Shown here in pieces: positions 44,041 through 53,659 of a stretch of 64,000 bases of DNA; within the stretch, counting starts at the first letter, position 1, and the number at the start of each line of letters is the position of its first letter. Below the pieces are notes generated by a model. It saw only the letters and a list, made by a program, of their open reading frames with translations. It was not told the DNA's origin and searched no databases. Source of the DNA: Anaerolineae bacterium. Lineage in GTDB: Bacteria > Chloroflexota > Anaerolineae > Aggregatilineales > UBA3940. Made by a program: the position numbers and the translations under genes. The stretch is from positions 119,007-183,006 of the forward strand of contig JAFGOY010000010.1 of assembly GCA_016926255.1 (NCBI GenBank), read 5' to 3'.

Positions 44041-45480
44041 ATGACCGAATACGAACCTGTGATCGGACTGGAAGTCCACGCCGAACTGCTTACCCATTCA
44101 AAGATGTTCTGCTCCTGCCCGGTGGTCGACAGCACCCAGGCGGAGCCGAATACTACTATCTGCCCGGTCTGCACGGCCCAACCGGGCACGCTGCCGGTGA
44201 TCAACCGGCAGGCGGTCGAATACGCGATCAAGGTCGGGCTGGCACTGAACTGCACAATCAACGAGTTCAACGTCTTTGCCCGTAAATCCTACTTCTACCC
44301 TGACCTACCGAAGGGCTACCAGATCAGCCAGTATGAATATCCACTCGCCAGCGACGGCTACCTCGATATCGAGGTCGAGGGCGAAACGCGGCGGATCGGG
44401 ATCACCCGCGCGCATCTTGAAGAAGACGCCGGGAAGAACACCCACATGGGCAGCTACAGCCTGGTCGATCTGAACCGGGCGGGCGTGCCACTGCTGGAGA
44501 TCGTCTCCGAGCCGGATATGCAGTCGGTGGAAGAGGCCGAAGCCTACTCCCGCAAGCTGCGGGCGATCCTGGTTTACCTGGGCGTGAATCACGGCGACAT
44601 GAGCAAGGGCGTGCTGCGCTTCGAAGCGAATATATCGGTGCGACCGGTGGGCAGTGACGAACTCCGGACACGGACCGAGATCAAGAACCTGAACTCGATA
44701 AGGGCGATGGTCCGCGCCACCGAATACGAGATCGCCCGCCAGATCGAGGTGTGGGAGTCGGGCGGCGAAGTTCGCCAGCAGACGATGGGCTTCAACGAGG
44801 AAACCGGCAAGACCTACACCCAGCGTCTCAAAGAAGACTCCGACGACTATCGATACTTCCCCGACCCTGACCTGCCGCCACTGTACATCGAGCGGGAATG
44901 GGTCGACGAGATCGAGGCGTCGCTGCCCGAACTCCCTGACGCGAAGCGCGAGCGGTTCGTGACTGAATTCAAGCTCAGTTCGCAGGACGCGACGATCCTC
45001 ACCACCGACAAAGCCATTGCCGAATATTACGAGGCGGCGCTCGACGCGGGCGGCGATCCGCAGGCTGTGGCGAACTGGGTAACCGGCGAACTGTTCAAGC
45101 TGATGAACCAGGACGAGGTCGCCGTCGAAGACGTGAAGATCACCCCCGCCGCGCTGGTCGAACTGATCGAACTGGTCGACGCCGGGACGATCAACTCAAC
45201 GACGGCCAAAGACGTTTTCGCCGCAATGTTTGAGTCGGGTGAAGGGGCAGCGGCGATTGTCGAGGATCGCGGGCTGGCCCAGATCAGCGACACGGGCGAA
45301 CTCGAAGCACTGGTCGACAGGATCATCGCTGCCAACCCGGATGAGGTCGAGCGATATCTGGGCGGAAAAGAGGGGCTGATGAGCTTCTTTATCGGGCAGG
45401 TGATGCGCGAAACACGCGGGCAGGCCAACGCGGGGATCGTCACGCAGTTGTTCCGCGACAAATTCGATGCCCTGCGGTGA
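44041..45480 (+). CDS. gatB: Asp/Glu-tRNA amidotransferase subunit B
   Basis: [60 protein letters not shown]. Start set at ATG 44041; TATAAT at 43996-44001. Confidence 0.97.
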   Translation: MTEYEPVIGLEVHAELLTHSKMFCSCPVVDSTQAEPNTTICPVCTAQPGTLPVINRQAVEYAIKVGLALNCTINEFNVFARKSYFYPDLPKGYQISQYEYPLASDGYLDIEVEGETRRIGITRAHLEEDAGKNTHMGSYSLVDLNRAGVPLLEIVSEPDMQSVEEAEAYSRKLRAILVYLGVNHGDMSKGVLRFEANISVRPVGSDELRTRTEIKNLNSIRAMVRATEYEIARQIEVWESGGEVRQQTMGFNEETGKTYTQRLKEDSDDYRYFPDPDLPPLYIEREWVDEIEASLPELPDAKRERFVTEFKLSSQDATILTTDKAIAEYYEAALDAGGDPQAVANWVTGELFKLMNQDEVAVEDVKITPAALVELIELVDAGTINSTTAKDVFAAMFESGEGAAAIVEDRGLAQISDTGELEALVDRIIAANPDEVERYLGGKEGLMSFFIGQVMRETRGQANAGIVTQLFRDKFDALR

Positions 45481-45486
45481 GCGGTT

Positions 45487-45510
45487 CCCGGGGCTGAAGC
45501 CGCCGGGCTA
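45487..45510. repeat. REP-like palindrome, family B
   Basis: CCCGGGGCTGAAGCCGCCGGGCTA; related copies at 48802-48824 and 56163-56186. Confidence 0.7.
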
Positions 45511-45534
45511 ATAACGATAGGTTGACTGGCGATT

Positions 45535-45561
45535 GAGCAACCACAAGGGATTGCTCCTACA
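45535..45561. repeat. GTAG-type REP, family A
   Basis: GAGCAAC-CACAAGG-GATTGCTC-CTACA (reverse complement begins TGTAG). Confidence 0.7.
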
Positions 45562-45613
45562 GATGGGATCGAGGTTTGAGATCTGTCTGTCAGGGTGTTG
45601 AGAGATTTTTGGA

Positions 45614-46414
45614 GTGACCATGAAACCCGTGCTTGCCACGACATGGCAGCCAAGAGGAGAACTGCCTCGCCTGGAACGATTGGCGGGGCAGTTGTGCGAT
45701 CTATACCAGTCGATTCTCGTCACCGTGCCGCCTGATACACCTTCAGAGGTTTTCGACCCGCTGCAAGCAATTCCCGGTGTCGAGGCGATTCGTGTCGACG
45801 ATTGGCGGACCGGACGGCATATCGCCGTTTTCTCGGCGCTCGACGCTCCCACCGATGCGATCCAGTACGCCGATCTCGACCGACTGCTCCACTGGATCGA
45901 AGCCTACCCGGAAGAACTCAAACAGATCGCTGCCCGGATCGAAGCGGGGGGCGAGGACTGCCTGATTCTGGGACGGACGGTCCGCGCCTGGGCAACCCAT
46001 CCCCGCGCGATGTTCGAGACGGAGGCGCTGTTCAATCATACCTTCTCGTGGATTTTCAACACGCCGATGGACTTCGGCGCGGGGTCGCGGGGATTGAGCC
46101 GGGCGGCGGTCGAATATCTCAAAGAAAAAAGCCCGCCGGAAGCGGGCTGTTTTGCACTCGATGCCGCCTGGCCGCTGCTGCTGGTCGACGGCGGTTTTAC
46201 GCTCGGCCATGAGGAAGTCGAAGGGTTGGAATGGGAAACCCCCGACCATTACTTATCGACCATTGCCGATGATGAGGCCCGTCAGCAGGCCGCCGAAACC
46301 GCCGACGACGATCCGGCATTCTGGCGGCAGCGGGTTTACGTTGCCGATCAAATCCTGCGGGCAGGGCTTGCAGCGGCGGAGCAGATCAATAACCCCCGCT
46401 GGCCGCACCGATAA
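45614..46414 (+). CDS. Hypothetical protein, possibly GT-A-like fold
   Basis: 266-aa ORF with GGAG SD and a YADLDRLLHW (DxD-like) motif. Confidence 0.6.
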   Translation: MTMKPVLATTWQPRGELPRLERLAGQLCDLYQSILVTVPPDTPSEVFDPLQAIPGVEAIRVDDWRTGRHIAVFSALDAPTDAIQYADLDRLLHWIEAYPEELKQIAARIEAGGEDCLILGRTVRAWATHPRAMFETEALFNHTFSWIFNTPMDFGAGSRGLSRAAVEYLKEKSPPEAGCFALDAAWPLLLVDGGFTLGHEEVEGLEWETPDHYLSTIADDEARQQAAETADDDPAFWRQRVYVADQILRAGLAAAEQINNPRWPHR

Positions 46415-46694
46415 TCGCCAGGCCACCCATCGCGAAGAGCCAGATCACGGTGCCAATGCAGCTCAAGATACCCAGGATCACCTGTACCCATAATAAGGTT
46501 GTCAGGCAGCCCTTGTTGCGGACGAGGTAGCCCATCTGCTCGTCTCTTTTGGCGTTGTTCAAAAAGATGATGTTGGCGATCAACCCGCCAAACCACAAGC
46601 CGACATAATAGAGGAGCAGGGCGATAAACGCCTGCCCGATGTAGTCCTTTTCCTGCCGGTACATTGGCGGTTGAGGGGGTGGATATCCGTACAT
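46386..46694 (-). CDS. Small hypothetical membrane protein
   Basis: Pro-rich N-terminus, 2-3 TM helices, SD GGAG. Confidence 0.7.
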   Translation of the reverse strand: MYGYPPPQPPMYRQEKDYIGQAFIALLLYYVGLWFGGLIANIIFLNNAKRDEQMGYLVRNKGCLTTLLWVQVILGILSCIGTVIWLFAMGGLAIIGAASGGY

Positions 46695-46791
46695 GGTAGT
46701 TTCTCCGTGATTCCTTTTCTGGTCAGTATGTTTTAACCATTATCATCCGGTACCGAAATTCCGGCAAGGTGCAAATCTTTCTATTTGCTGC

Positions 46792-48984
46792 CTACGGCCC
46801 GACCTCGATCTCGACCAGCAACAGCCGATCCCCGACCGGTTCGCCAGCCAGCTCGATAGGCAGCCGGTCGCCGCTTTCCGCGTCGTAGAGGCCGATCATC
46901 AGCGGGTATACGCCCGCTGCCGCATCGCCCGTCAGCAGCATCCCGTGATTGTCGATCACCGTTTCACCCGGCACCCAGGAGGTGGTCGGGGTGAGGCTGC
47001 TGTTCGGTTCGCCGTCATGCTGGGTGGCGATGGTGCCGTCGGGTTTGTAGAGGTGGACGAACACCCGGTAGCGCTTCTCGATTGGGGCGTCCGTCTCCCA
47101 GAACAGGGTCACCGCCAGCGCGTCACCGGGGACGAGCGATTCACTGCTGATCGTGTAACCTGCCAGCCGGATCGACTCGCCGAACACGGCTCCACTGATC
47201 TGAGCTATCTCGTTTGAGGCCTGCGCCGGGACGACATAGCGCACCAGCCGGACATTCCCGATCCACTCGTCGCTGGCAACGAAGGCGTTTTCACTCAGCA
47301 TCCGGGCGACGATCCCTTCCGGGTCCTGCTCGTTCTCTCCATAGTAGACCGCGTAAATACGGTCGTGGGCGGCGATCAGACCGGCGAGCGTCTCCTCCGT
47401 CGAAGCGTTAGGCAGCGGGGTGACGTTCGGGCCGTCGAAATAGTATCCGAAGATCGCCGCCTGCCCCGGCGAATCGAGGACGACCGTCGCATCTTCCCCG
47501 CCCTCGCTGCGAATCCGTTCGGCCAGCCCTCGGTAGTCGTCGCGGGCGTAGGTGGGATCACTGTACAGGTTATTCAAACTTTGCCAGAGCGGGAACAGCC
47601 CGGCGATCATCAGGATGAGCACTACAATCCGAACCATCCAGGCATTCAAGTGGTTCGATCCGGGCACCGGGTGGGCGATCCGGAAGCCGGTGACGATCCC
47701 TCGCCCGACGAGCAGGTAAAATGTCAGCCCGGCGGGGACGAAGAATTTTAGATTGGTCGCCCGGATCGCTCCCATTGCGGTGGGGATCAAGACAGGGATC
47801 AGCAGCCAGAGGACGATCAGGCCGATCTTCTCAATGTAAGCCAACCCATGCGGGGATTCTTCGTCGTCAACAGGCGGGAACAACCCGACTATCGCCAGCA
47901 GCAGGAGCGGGATCAGGCTGTTGAGCATCGATTCGGGGGGCAGGGTGCGCCCGTAGACAATCGTCGAGATCAACGGCAGCCAGCCGACCCGCTCGCCCAG
48001 ATCAGTAGGCCAGGTGGTGATCTGTCGATAAGCGGCGGGCATCCACGGCGCAAAGACGATCAGCGCCGCGATCTGAATGCCGACCCACAGGCCGAGCGGC
48101 TGCCATTTGTGGCCGCGTCGAATCCAGACGATCAAAAAAACAAGCGATTCGGCAAGCAGCACGAAAGGGAAAGTGTAGTGGGTGTACAACCCCAGCACGT
48201 TGATCAGTGCGTACGCGCCAAACACCGGCCATGATCGTCTACGCGGCGCGGTGATGTGTTCCAGCACGCGAATACACAGAAAGATCGATGCGGCGCTGAC
48301 CATTCCCAGCAGGGCGTACATCCGTACTTCCTGCGCGTACCACACCTGAAAAGGATTGAACGAGATCAGCGCCCCGGCGATCAGACCGGTGGGGGCGTCG
48401 AACAGCTTTCGCCCGATGGCGATCACCAATGCAGCGGCGATTACACTCGCCAGCGTGGAGAAGTAACGCAGTGAGAGTTCGCTGCGCCCGGCGATGCCCG
48501 CCCAGCCTTTGAGCAGGAGATAATAGCCCGGTGGGTGGATATCGTGGGAGGCGTTCTCGACGATCTGCGCGGAAGGGAGGGTGGTCTCGCCTGCCGATAC
48601 ACCCTCGTCGTACCACAGCGATTGGTGATCGATGCGGTGGAGGCGCAGCCCGGCGGCAAGGATCAGGACGAGGACGGCGAGGAGGAGAAAGAGAATCGGG
48701 GGAAAAGGCAACGATCCACCCCCTCTGGCCGACTGTGTCGCCCATCTCCCCCTGGAGGGGGGCGAGGATGATACTTTTTCTTTTTGTTTGTTGTGCTGAT
48801 TCCCGGCGCTAAAGCGCCGGGCTATGATCGATTGGTTGTCTGCGGTGACCTGCGGATGCTTGCCTTTCCCACGGGGGGCGAACAAGAGGCGCTCGATTTT
48901 GTGCGTGATGCAGCACCCCCTCTGTCGCTGCGCGACATCTCCCCCACGGGGGGCGATCAAGTTAGGCTTAAGATAAGAGATCAT
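46792..48984 (-). CDS. GT-C (PMT/ArnT, GT39-like) glycosyltransferase
   Basis: QSLWYDEG, DIHPPGYY, SELSLRYFS, YAQEVRMY, LYTHY, C-terminal periplasmic domain. ATG 48984 overlaps the upstream TGA; an alternative start is TTG 48711. Confidence 0.85.
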   Translation of the reverse strand: MISYLKPNLIAPRGGDVAQRQRGCCITHKIERLLFAPRGKGKHPQVTADNQSIIARRFSAGNQHNKQKEKVSSSPPSRGRWATQSARGGGSLPFPPILFLLLAVLVLILAAGLRLHRIDHQSLWYDEGVSAGETTLPSAQIVENASHDIHPPGYYLLLKGWAGIAGRSELSLRYFSTLASVIAAALVIAIGRKLFDAPTGLIAGALISFNPFQVWYAQEVRMYALLGMVSAASIFLCIRVLEHITAPRRRSWPVFGAYALINVLGLYTHYTFPFVLLAESLVFLIVWIRRGHKWQPLGLWVGIQIAALIVFAPWMPAAYRQITTWPTDLGERVGWLPLISTIVYGRTLPPESMLNSLIPLLLLAIVGLFPPVDDEESPHGLAYIEKIGLIVLWLLIPVLIPTAMGAIRATNLKFFVPAGLTFYLLVGRGIVTGFRIAHPVPGSNHLNAWMVRIVVLILMIAGLFPLWQSLNNLYSDPTYARDDYRGLAERIRSEGGEDATVVLDSPGQAAIFGYYFDGPNVTPLPNASTEETLAGLIAAHDRIYAVYYGENEQDPEGIVARMLSENAFVASDEWIGNVRLVRYVVPAQASNEIAQISGAVFGESIRLAGYTISSESLVPGDALAVTLFWETDAPIEKRYRVFVHLYKPDGTIATQHDGEPNSSLTPTTSWVPGETVIDNHGMLLTGDAAAGVYPLMIGLYDAESGDRLPIELAGEPVGDRLLLVEIEVGP
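48718..48956. repeat. Mosaic of REP-like palindromes (C, B, partial C, C)
   Basis: Units at 48718-48765, 48802-48824, 48865-48886 and 48915-48956. Confidence 0.75.
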
Positions 48985-50705
48985 CAGGAAATGGGTTCCT
49001 TGTCAGGTTCAGAAGGTTCGCTGGTGGTGCCTTCGTGTAAGGCTCGCCGCCGCGAGACGTACCACGCGCCGGTCAGCAGCAGCGATCCGCCGATCAGTGC
49101 CCCCGGTGTGACGCGCGGGTCGTCACGGACAATGAAATGGGTGATCACTACCTCACCTATTGGCTCGATGATTGCTGTGTGCAGACCGCTCCTGCCGCGC
49201 CAGACGGTTTCCTCGCAGCAGCCGGTGATCGTCTGTTTCGGCCCGCCATCCACGCTGATCACCAGCCCATAGTCGGGTGTTTCGTGTGCGCCAAGCGCAA
49301 TACTCAACGATGTTCCCTCAAAAGTGAAGGCCAGCGGTCCGGCCCGCTTCGAGGCGACCCGCGCCCGGTCGAGGCCGTGGAGCCAGGGCGACCAGCCCCT
49401 ATCGTAGGTCACCGCCCAGTGATCAGCCCAGTGGTTGCCGGGATACATCACCGGGGGCAGGTGGATGTAGTCTTTCATCGAATCATAGATCGGCATCAGA
49501 TTAAAATCGGGGTCGACCACCTGGAAGTAGGCTTCCGGACGCTGCCCGTCGAGCCATTCGTAATCGGCACGTTTGAAATACCACAGATTGATCACCCCGA
49601 CCCAGGGCCATTCTTCCTGGGCGCGCTGGTAGGCCATTGGCGCGTAACGGGCCTGCTGATCGAGCGTCACCCGCCCGTAACGGGCATCGGCCACCTCCTC
49701 CGGTACGACGTTCCAGTTCATCTCACTGATCCAGATCGGCTTGTGGGCGTCGCCATTCCTGACCATGATGTCGCGGATAAACTGGTTGCGCCCATAGTTA
49801 ACGGTAATGGGACGCATCCTGCGGTCGGTGGGGCCTGACCACAGCCCGTAGCCCTGCATCGCCAGAATATCGAAGCAGTCAGCGGCCCCGGCGTCGTACA
49901 TGCGCTGGAGAAAAATATAATCGTTGAAATCGCGCCCGTCGAGGGCCGAGGTGGGGGCCAGCGCCCCGCTGATCACCACGATTTCGGGATCAACCGCTTT
50001 GAGCGCGTCGTAGGTCTGGCACAGGAGATCGGTGTAGGCTTCCGGGTTGACGATCTGCTCACCCCATTCGGGGTAGATGTTCGGCTCGTTCCACACCTGG
50101 TAGTAACGAATGCGTCCCTTGTAGCGTGTGGCGACTGCTGTCGCGTAGTCGGCAAAGTCGTGGAAATCATCGGGCGGGGCAAACGCCCCGATTTCATCTC
50201 CGGCGGCTCGGCTCCAGGCTGGCGGGTTGCTCAGCCGGGCGATAATCTCGATATCGTACTTCTCGGACAGGTCGACGATCTGGTCGTACTTGGCCCAGGC
50301 GTCGATCCCTTCAGGATCGTTGCGCCGGTCGACGAAGTCGCCGCGCCCGTGAATCTCGATATCCTCCCAGGGGAATTCCTCACGAATCCAGCGGAAGCCC
50401 GCTTCGGCGATCAACTGCATCTGCCGCTCGCGTTTCTCCGGCTCGACCTCGCTGTTCAGAAAAGTGTTGATCCCGTAAGGGTTCAGCCCGGTGTAATCGA
50501 CGGCGGCGTAGGGTTGGAGTTCAAGAGATGGGTGGGTGATGTTCAGCCCAAGCTGCGCTATCCCACGCACCTGTGCAAAAAAATCCTCTTCGCCGGTCTG
50601 GTTGAAAGCCCATCCGGCGATGCGGTCACGGAACACGAAGCACGCAGCGACAACCAGCGCGGCGGCGATGGCGATCAGACGGATCAATCTCTTTTTGTGC
50701 AGCAT
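48984..50705 (-). CDS. Membrane-anchored glycoside hydrolase (GH5/GH39-like, clan GH-A)
   Basis: N-terminal TM, IREEFPW, YQVWNEPN (acid/base), IWISEMNW (nucleophile), C-terminal TM. ATG 50705 lies 6 nt after TATAAT. Confidence 0.82.
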   Translation of the reverse strand: MLHKKRLIRLIAIAAALVVAACFVFRDRIAGWAFNQTGEEDFFAQVRGIAQLGLNITHPSLELQPYAAVDYTGLNPYGINTFLNSEVEPEKRERQMQLIAEAGFRWIREEFPWEDIEIHGRGDFVDRRNDPEGIDAWAKYDQIVDLSEKYDIEIIARLSNPPAWSRAAGDEIGAFAPPDDFHDFADYATAVATRYKGRIRYYQVWNEPNIYPEWGEQIVNPEAYTDLLCQTYDALKAVDPEIVVISGALAPTSALDGRDFNDYIFLQRMYDAGAADCFDILAMQGYGLWSGPTDRRMRPITVNYGRNQFIRDIMVRNGDAHKPIWISEMNWNVVPEEVADARYGRVTLDQQARYAPMAYQRAQEEWPWVGVINLWYFKRADYEWLDGQRPEAYFQVVDPDFNLMPIYDSMKDYIHLPPVMYPGNHWADHWAVTYDRGWSPWLHGLDRARVASKRAGPLAFTFEGTSLSIALGAHETPDYGLVISVDGGPKQTITGCCEETVWRGRSGLHTAIIEPIGEVVITHFIVRDDPRVTPGALIGGSLLLTGAWYVSRRRALHEGTTSEPSEPDKEPIS

Positions 50706-50747
50706 GCGTTCATTATAACGTGTTATGGCCCGTTGGTTGAACTGTTT

Positions 50748-50776
50748 TTGCCGGGAATGCCATCCCGAAGTATACT
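50748..50776 (+). promoter_or_regulatory. Sigma70 promoter ~250 nt upstream of the CarD-like gene
   Basis: TTGCCG, 17-nt spacer, TATACT. Confidence 0.6.
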
Positions 50777-51026
50777 TAAAGAGTCGGGGTAACTCTCCGG
50801 CATAAACACTGAAAGCGGTGATTTCAGACGCTCCCGATACATTGGGACCTCGACCCGCACCCCTACATCTTCGATAGTTTCTTCGTTTCACCGCTTCATG
50901 TTGGGGTTTTCCTGGGGCGGTTCAACTTTTTGTTTGTAGCGCATGAGTGACCGCCGCGATAGCTGACTCGAACAACGTAATGGCCGGGTATCAGGTAGGC
51001 TGCCGAAGCGGCAAGATGGACGGTCA

Positions 51027-51536
51027 ATGAAGAAAAGAAAGTCTGACTACGTAATAGGCGACGGCATTTTTCACCCCAACTATGGTGCGGGCATTATCAT
51101 CAGTGTTCAGGAGCAGCAGATCGCGGGCATCGAACGTCGCTACTATTCCATTGAACTGATCAACGATCACGGCACCCTGATGATCCCCGTCGACCAGGCT
51201 GATGAATCCGGGCTGCGGCACGCCATTCGCGATCCGAAAGTGATCGCCAAAGTACTGGCTGGCGATCCCCAACCCCTTGACGATGATCACCGGAAGCGTC
51301 AGGCTGCGCTGACTGATAAAATCCGCAGCGGCGAACCGACTCAGGTGACCGAAGTGCTGCGCGACCTGGCCTGGCGTGGACACGATGGTTCGCTGACCGA
51401 GCGCGATCAAAAGCTCAAAGCCGAGGCAGTAAACCTTCTGGCCGGGGAGTTGGCGCTGCGCCCCGAATTCGATATAGACACGGCCTCCGCGCGGCTTGCT
51501 GCGATGGTCAACGAGGCAGTGGCGGCCCACAGTTAA
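51027..51536 (+). CDS. CarD-family RNA polymerase-binding transcription factor
   Basis: GDGIFHPNYGAGII, LMIPV, KIRSG....TEVLRDL, LAGELAL align with CarD. Confidence 0.85.
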   Translation: MKKRKSDYVIGDGIFHPNYGAGIIISVQEQQIAGIERRYYSIELINDHGTLMIPVDQADESGLRHAIRDPKVIAKVLAGDPQPLDDDHRKRQAALTDKIRSGEPTQVTEVLRDLAWRGHDGSLTERDQKLKAEAVNLLAGELALRPEFDIDTASARLAAMVNEAVAAHS

Positions 51537-51553
51537 TCAGTAGATTTTTTTAG

Positions 51554-51592
51554 CCCTCACCCTAAATCCCTCTCCCTCATGGAGAGGGACTT
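51554..51592. repeat. REP-like palindrome, family D
   Basis: CCCTCACCCTAAATCCCTCTCCCTCATGGAGAGGGACTT; hairpin downstream of the CarD-like gene. Confidence 0.6.
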
Positions 51593-51690
51593 AAATCTAC
51601 CTGTTTCCGGAGATGACAGCTTTTAGCGGCTGTCCTGTATCGGAGACTCCAAACAGAACGCGCACCGGCACCTTTGTTTGGGAATGAAGA

Positions 51691-52644
51691 ATGGCGGCTC
51701 AACCAGCTTTCGAACCCGGTTATCTGGCGCTGCTTCGCAGCGGCGTGTTGGAGAAGCGTGCAAAAGAGGCCGTCGAACACCTTTCCGCCTGCGATCTCTG
51801 CCCCTGGGACTGTCACATCAACCGGCTTGAGGAAAAAATCGGCTTTTGCAAAATAGGCCGCGATGCCTGGATATCGTCGGCTTTCCCCCACCGGGGCGAG
51901 GAAGACCCGTTGAGCGGTCGAAGCGGCTCCGGCACGATCTTCTTTTCGTATTGCAACCTGCGCTGCCAGTACTGCCAGAATTACACCATCAGTCAGGAAG
52001 GCGAGGGTCAGCCCATCGACGCAGCCGGGCTGGCCGCTCAAATGCTGACTCTCCAGGCGATGGGCTGTCACAATATCAACTTTGTAACCCCGTCCCACGT
52101 CGTCGCGCAGATCATCGAGGCAGTGGCAATCGCCGCCAGAAGCGGCCTGCATATCCCGCTGGTCTATAACACCGGCGGCTATGACTCTCTCCCGGCGCTC
52201 AAACTGCTCGACGGAATCATCGATATTTATATGCCCGACATGAAATACGGCGATTCAGCCATCGGGCAGAAATACAGCAAGGTGAGAGACTATGTGAGGG
52301 TCAACCAGGAGGCGGTCAGGGAGATGCACCGTCAGGTCGGCGATCTCAGACTCGATGAACGGGGGATCGCGCAGCGCGGCCTGCTGGTTCGTCACCTGGT
52401 GCTGCCGGGTGGGCTGGCAGGGACGGAGGTGGTCGCCCGCTTCCTTGCCGAAGAAATCTCGACCGATACGTATATCAATGTCATGGGGCAGTACAGGCCG
52501 GAGTATAAGGCCCGCCGTGGGGATTTAGGCGATCTCAGCCGGTCGGTGACGGTTGATGAGATTGCCGAAGCATACGAGATCGCCCGTGCTGCCGGGCTGC
52601 ACCGCTTCGATCAGCGCCGCCGGGCGTCGTGGCTGGTGTTTTAA
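51691..52644 (+). CDS. Radical SAM protein (PflX-like)
   Basis: CDLCPWDC, CNLRCQYCQN (CxxxCxxC), HNINFVTPSH, VYNTGGY, DIYMPDMKY, LVRHLVLP. Confidence 0.9.
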   Translation: MAAQPAFEPGYLALLRSGVLEKRAKEAVEHLSACDLCPWDCHINRLEEKIGFCKIGRDAWISSAFPHRGEEDPLSGRSGSGTIFFSYCNLRCQYCQNYTISQEGEGQPIDAAGLAAQMLTLQAMGCHNINFVTPSHVVAQIIEAVAIAARSGLHIPLVYNTGGYDSLPALKLLDGIIDIYMPDMKYGDSAIGQKYSKVRDYVRVNQEAVREMHRQVGDLRLDERGIAQRGLLVRHLVLPGGLAGTEVVARFLAEEISTDTYINVMGQYRPEYKARRGDLGDLSRSVTVDEIAEAYEIARAAGLHRFDQRRRASWLVF

Positions 52645-52749
52645 TCCGGGCCGCCGCGTTCCTGATTCACCTTATCCAGCAGCAATTTCCCCAGCAAATT
52701 GAACGGCTTTGGATTCGGGTGTACATGTATCGGTTTCTGGGGAGCGGCG

Positions 52750-53589
52750 TCAGTCCTCTTCAATCTCGAATTCGTGCTGGAGCAACCCGTCGGCGTCATA
52801 CAGCAGCACTGTCCCACCGACTTCCCAGGCAGCGGTATCGAGGCCCCAGTAAACGTCGATGGCGCTGTCCTCCCCGCCCCCGGTGTAGACGGTCACCGCG
52901 CCCTGCGGGAAGAGGTTCAGCGGAGGGAACTCGAAGCGGTCGCCGTGCTCGCTGACCAGGCTCCAGCCACCCAACCGGGCGACCGATGTTCCCAGGTTGA
53001 TCACCTCGACTGCCTCCGAAGTCACGTCGCCAGGGTTCAGCACCCGCGCCACTTCGACCATCACCACGCCTTCCGGCGGATCGGTGGCGGTCGGATTGGG
53101 GGTCGGGATGTTGCGCGTCGGCACGGTGGTAGTGGTTGGGGTGGCGCTGGGCGTGGCGGTGGGAATGCCGCACACCGGGATCACGATCTCCTGATCGATG
53201 GATAGGAAATCGACCGAGAATGCGGGATCGAGCATCAGGTTGAGGGTGGCGATGTCATCGATTGAAACCTCGTATTGTTCAGCGATGTTCCCCAACGTTT
53301 CGCCGCTGGCAACGACGTGAACCGGGTTTTCGCAGCCCGGTTCGATGGTGGGTACCACTTCGGCTTCTTCGGCGGGTACCTCTTCGCCGCCTTCTTCGGG
53401 CGACTCCTCGACGATATCGGGCAGCGTAGCACGCGGCTCAATCAGCGCCGTGCCGCTCGTCGTCGGCAGCACGACTTCGATTTGTTCCGGCTGCTGGCGT
53501 TCCCATATCCACAGCACCAGCAGCGTGACGGCCAGTGACACCGCCGCCGGAATGAGTATCAACATCAAGGTCGATCTCTGTCGCTTCAT
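52750..53589 (-). CDS. LysM plus lamin-tail domain membrane protein
   Basis: N-terminal TM, HVVASGETLGNIAEQY (LysM), Thr/Pro linker, EAVEVIN...LGGWSL (lamin-tail domain). Confidence 0.85.
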   Translation of the reverse strand: MKRQRSTLMLILIPAAVSLAVTLLVLWIWERQQPEQIEVVLPTTSGTALIEPRATLPDIVEESPEEGGEEVPAEEAEVVPTIEPGCENPVHVVASGETLGNIAEQYEVSIDDIATLNLMLDPAFSVDFLSIDQEIVIPVCGIPTATPSATPTTTTVPTRNIPTPNPTATDPPEGVVMVEVARVLNPGDVTSEAVEVINLGTSVARLGGWSLVSEHGDRFEFPPLNLFPQGAVTVYTGGGEDSAIDVYWGLDTAAWEVGGTVLLYDADGLLQHEFEIEED

Positions 53590-53659
53590 GATCTTGCCCC
53601 GCGTTTGAGAATCAAGGTTAAAACCCGCCAGTTATCCTAGCATAGGATGCTCAAAACGA

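Noticed and set aside
50783-50980. 6S RNA call
   Set aside because: I could not build the long two-sided rod with a central bubble. Left as an unassigned structured leader.
52645-52749. Possible gene fragment between the radical SAM and LysM genes
   Set aside because: A 35-codon open stretch on the minus strand without a start codon or recognisable homology.
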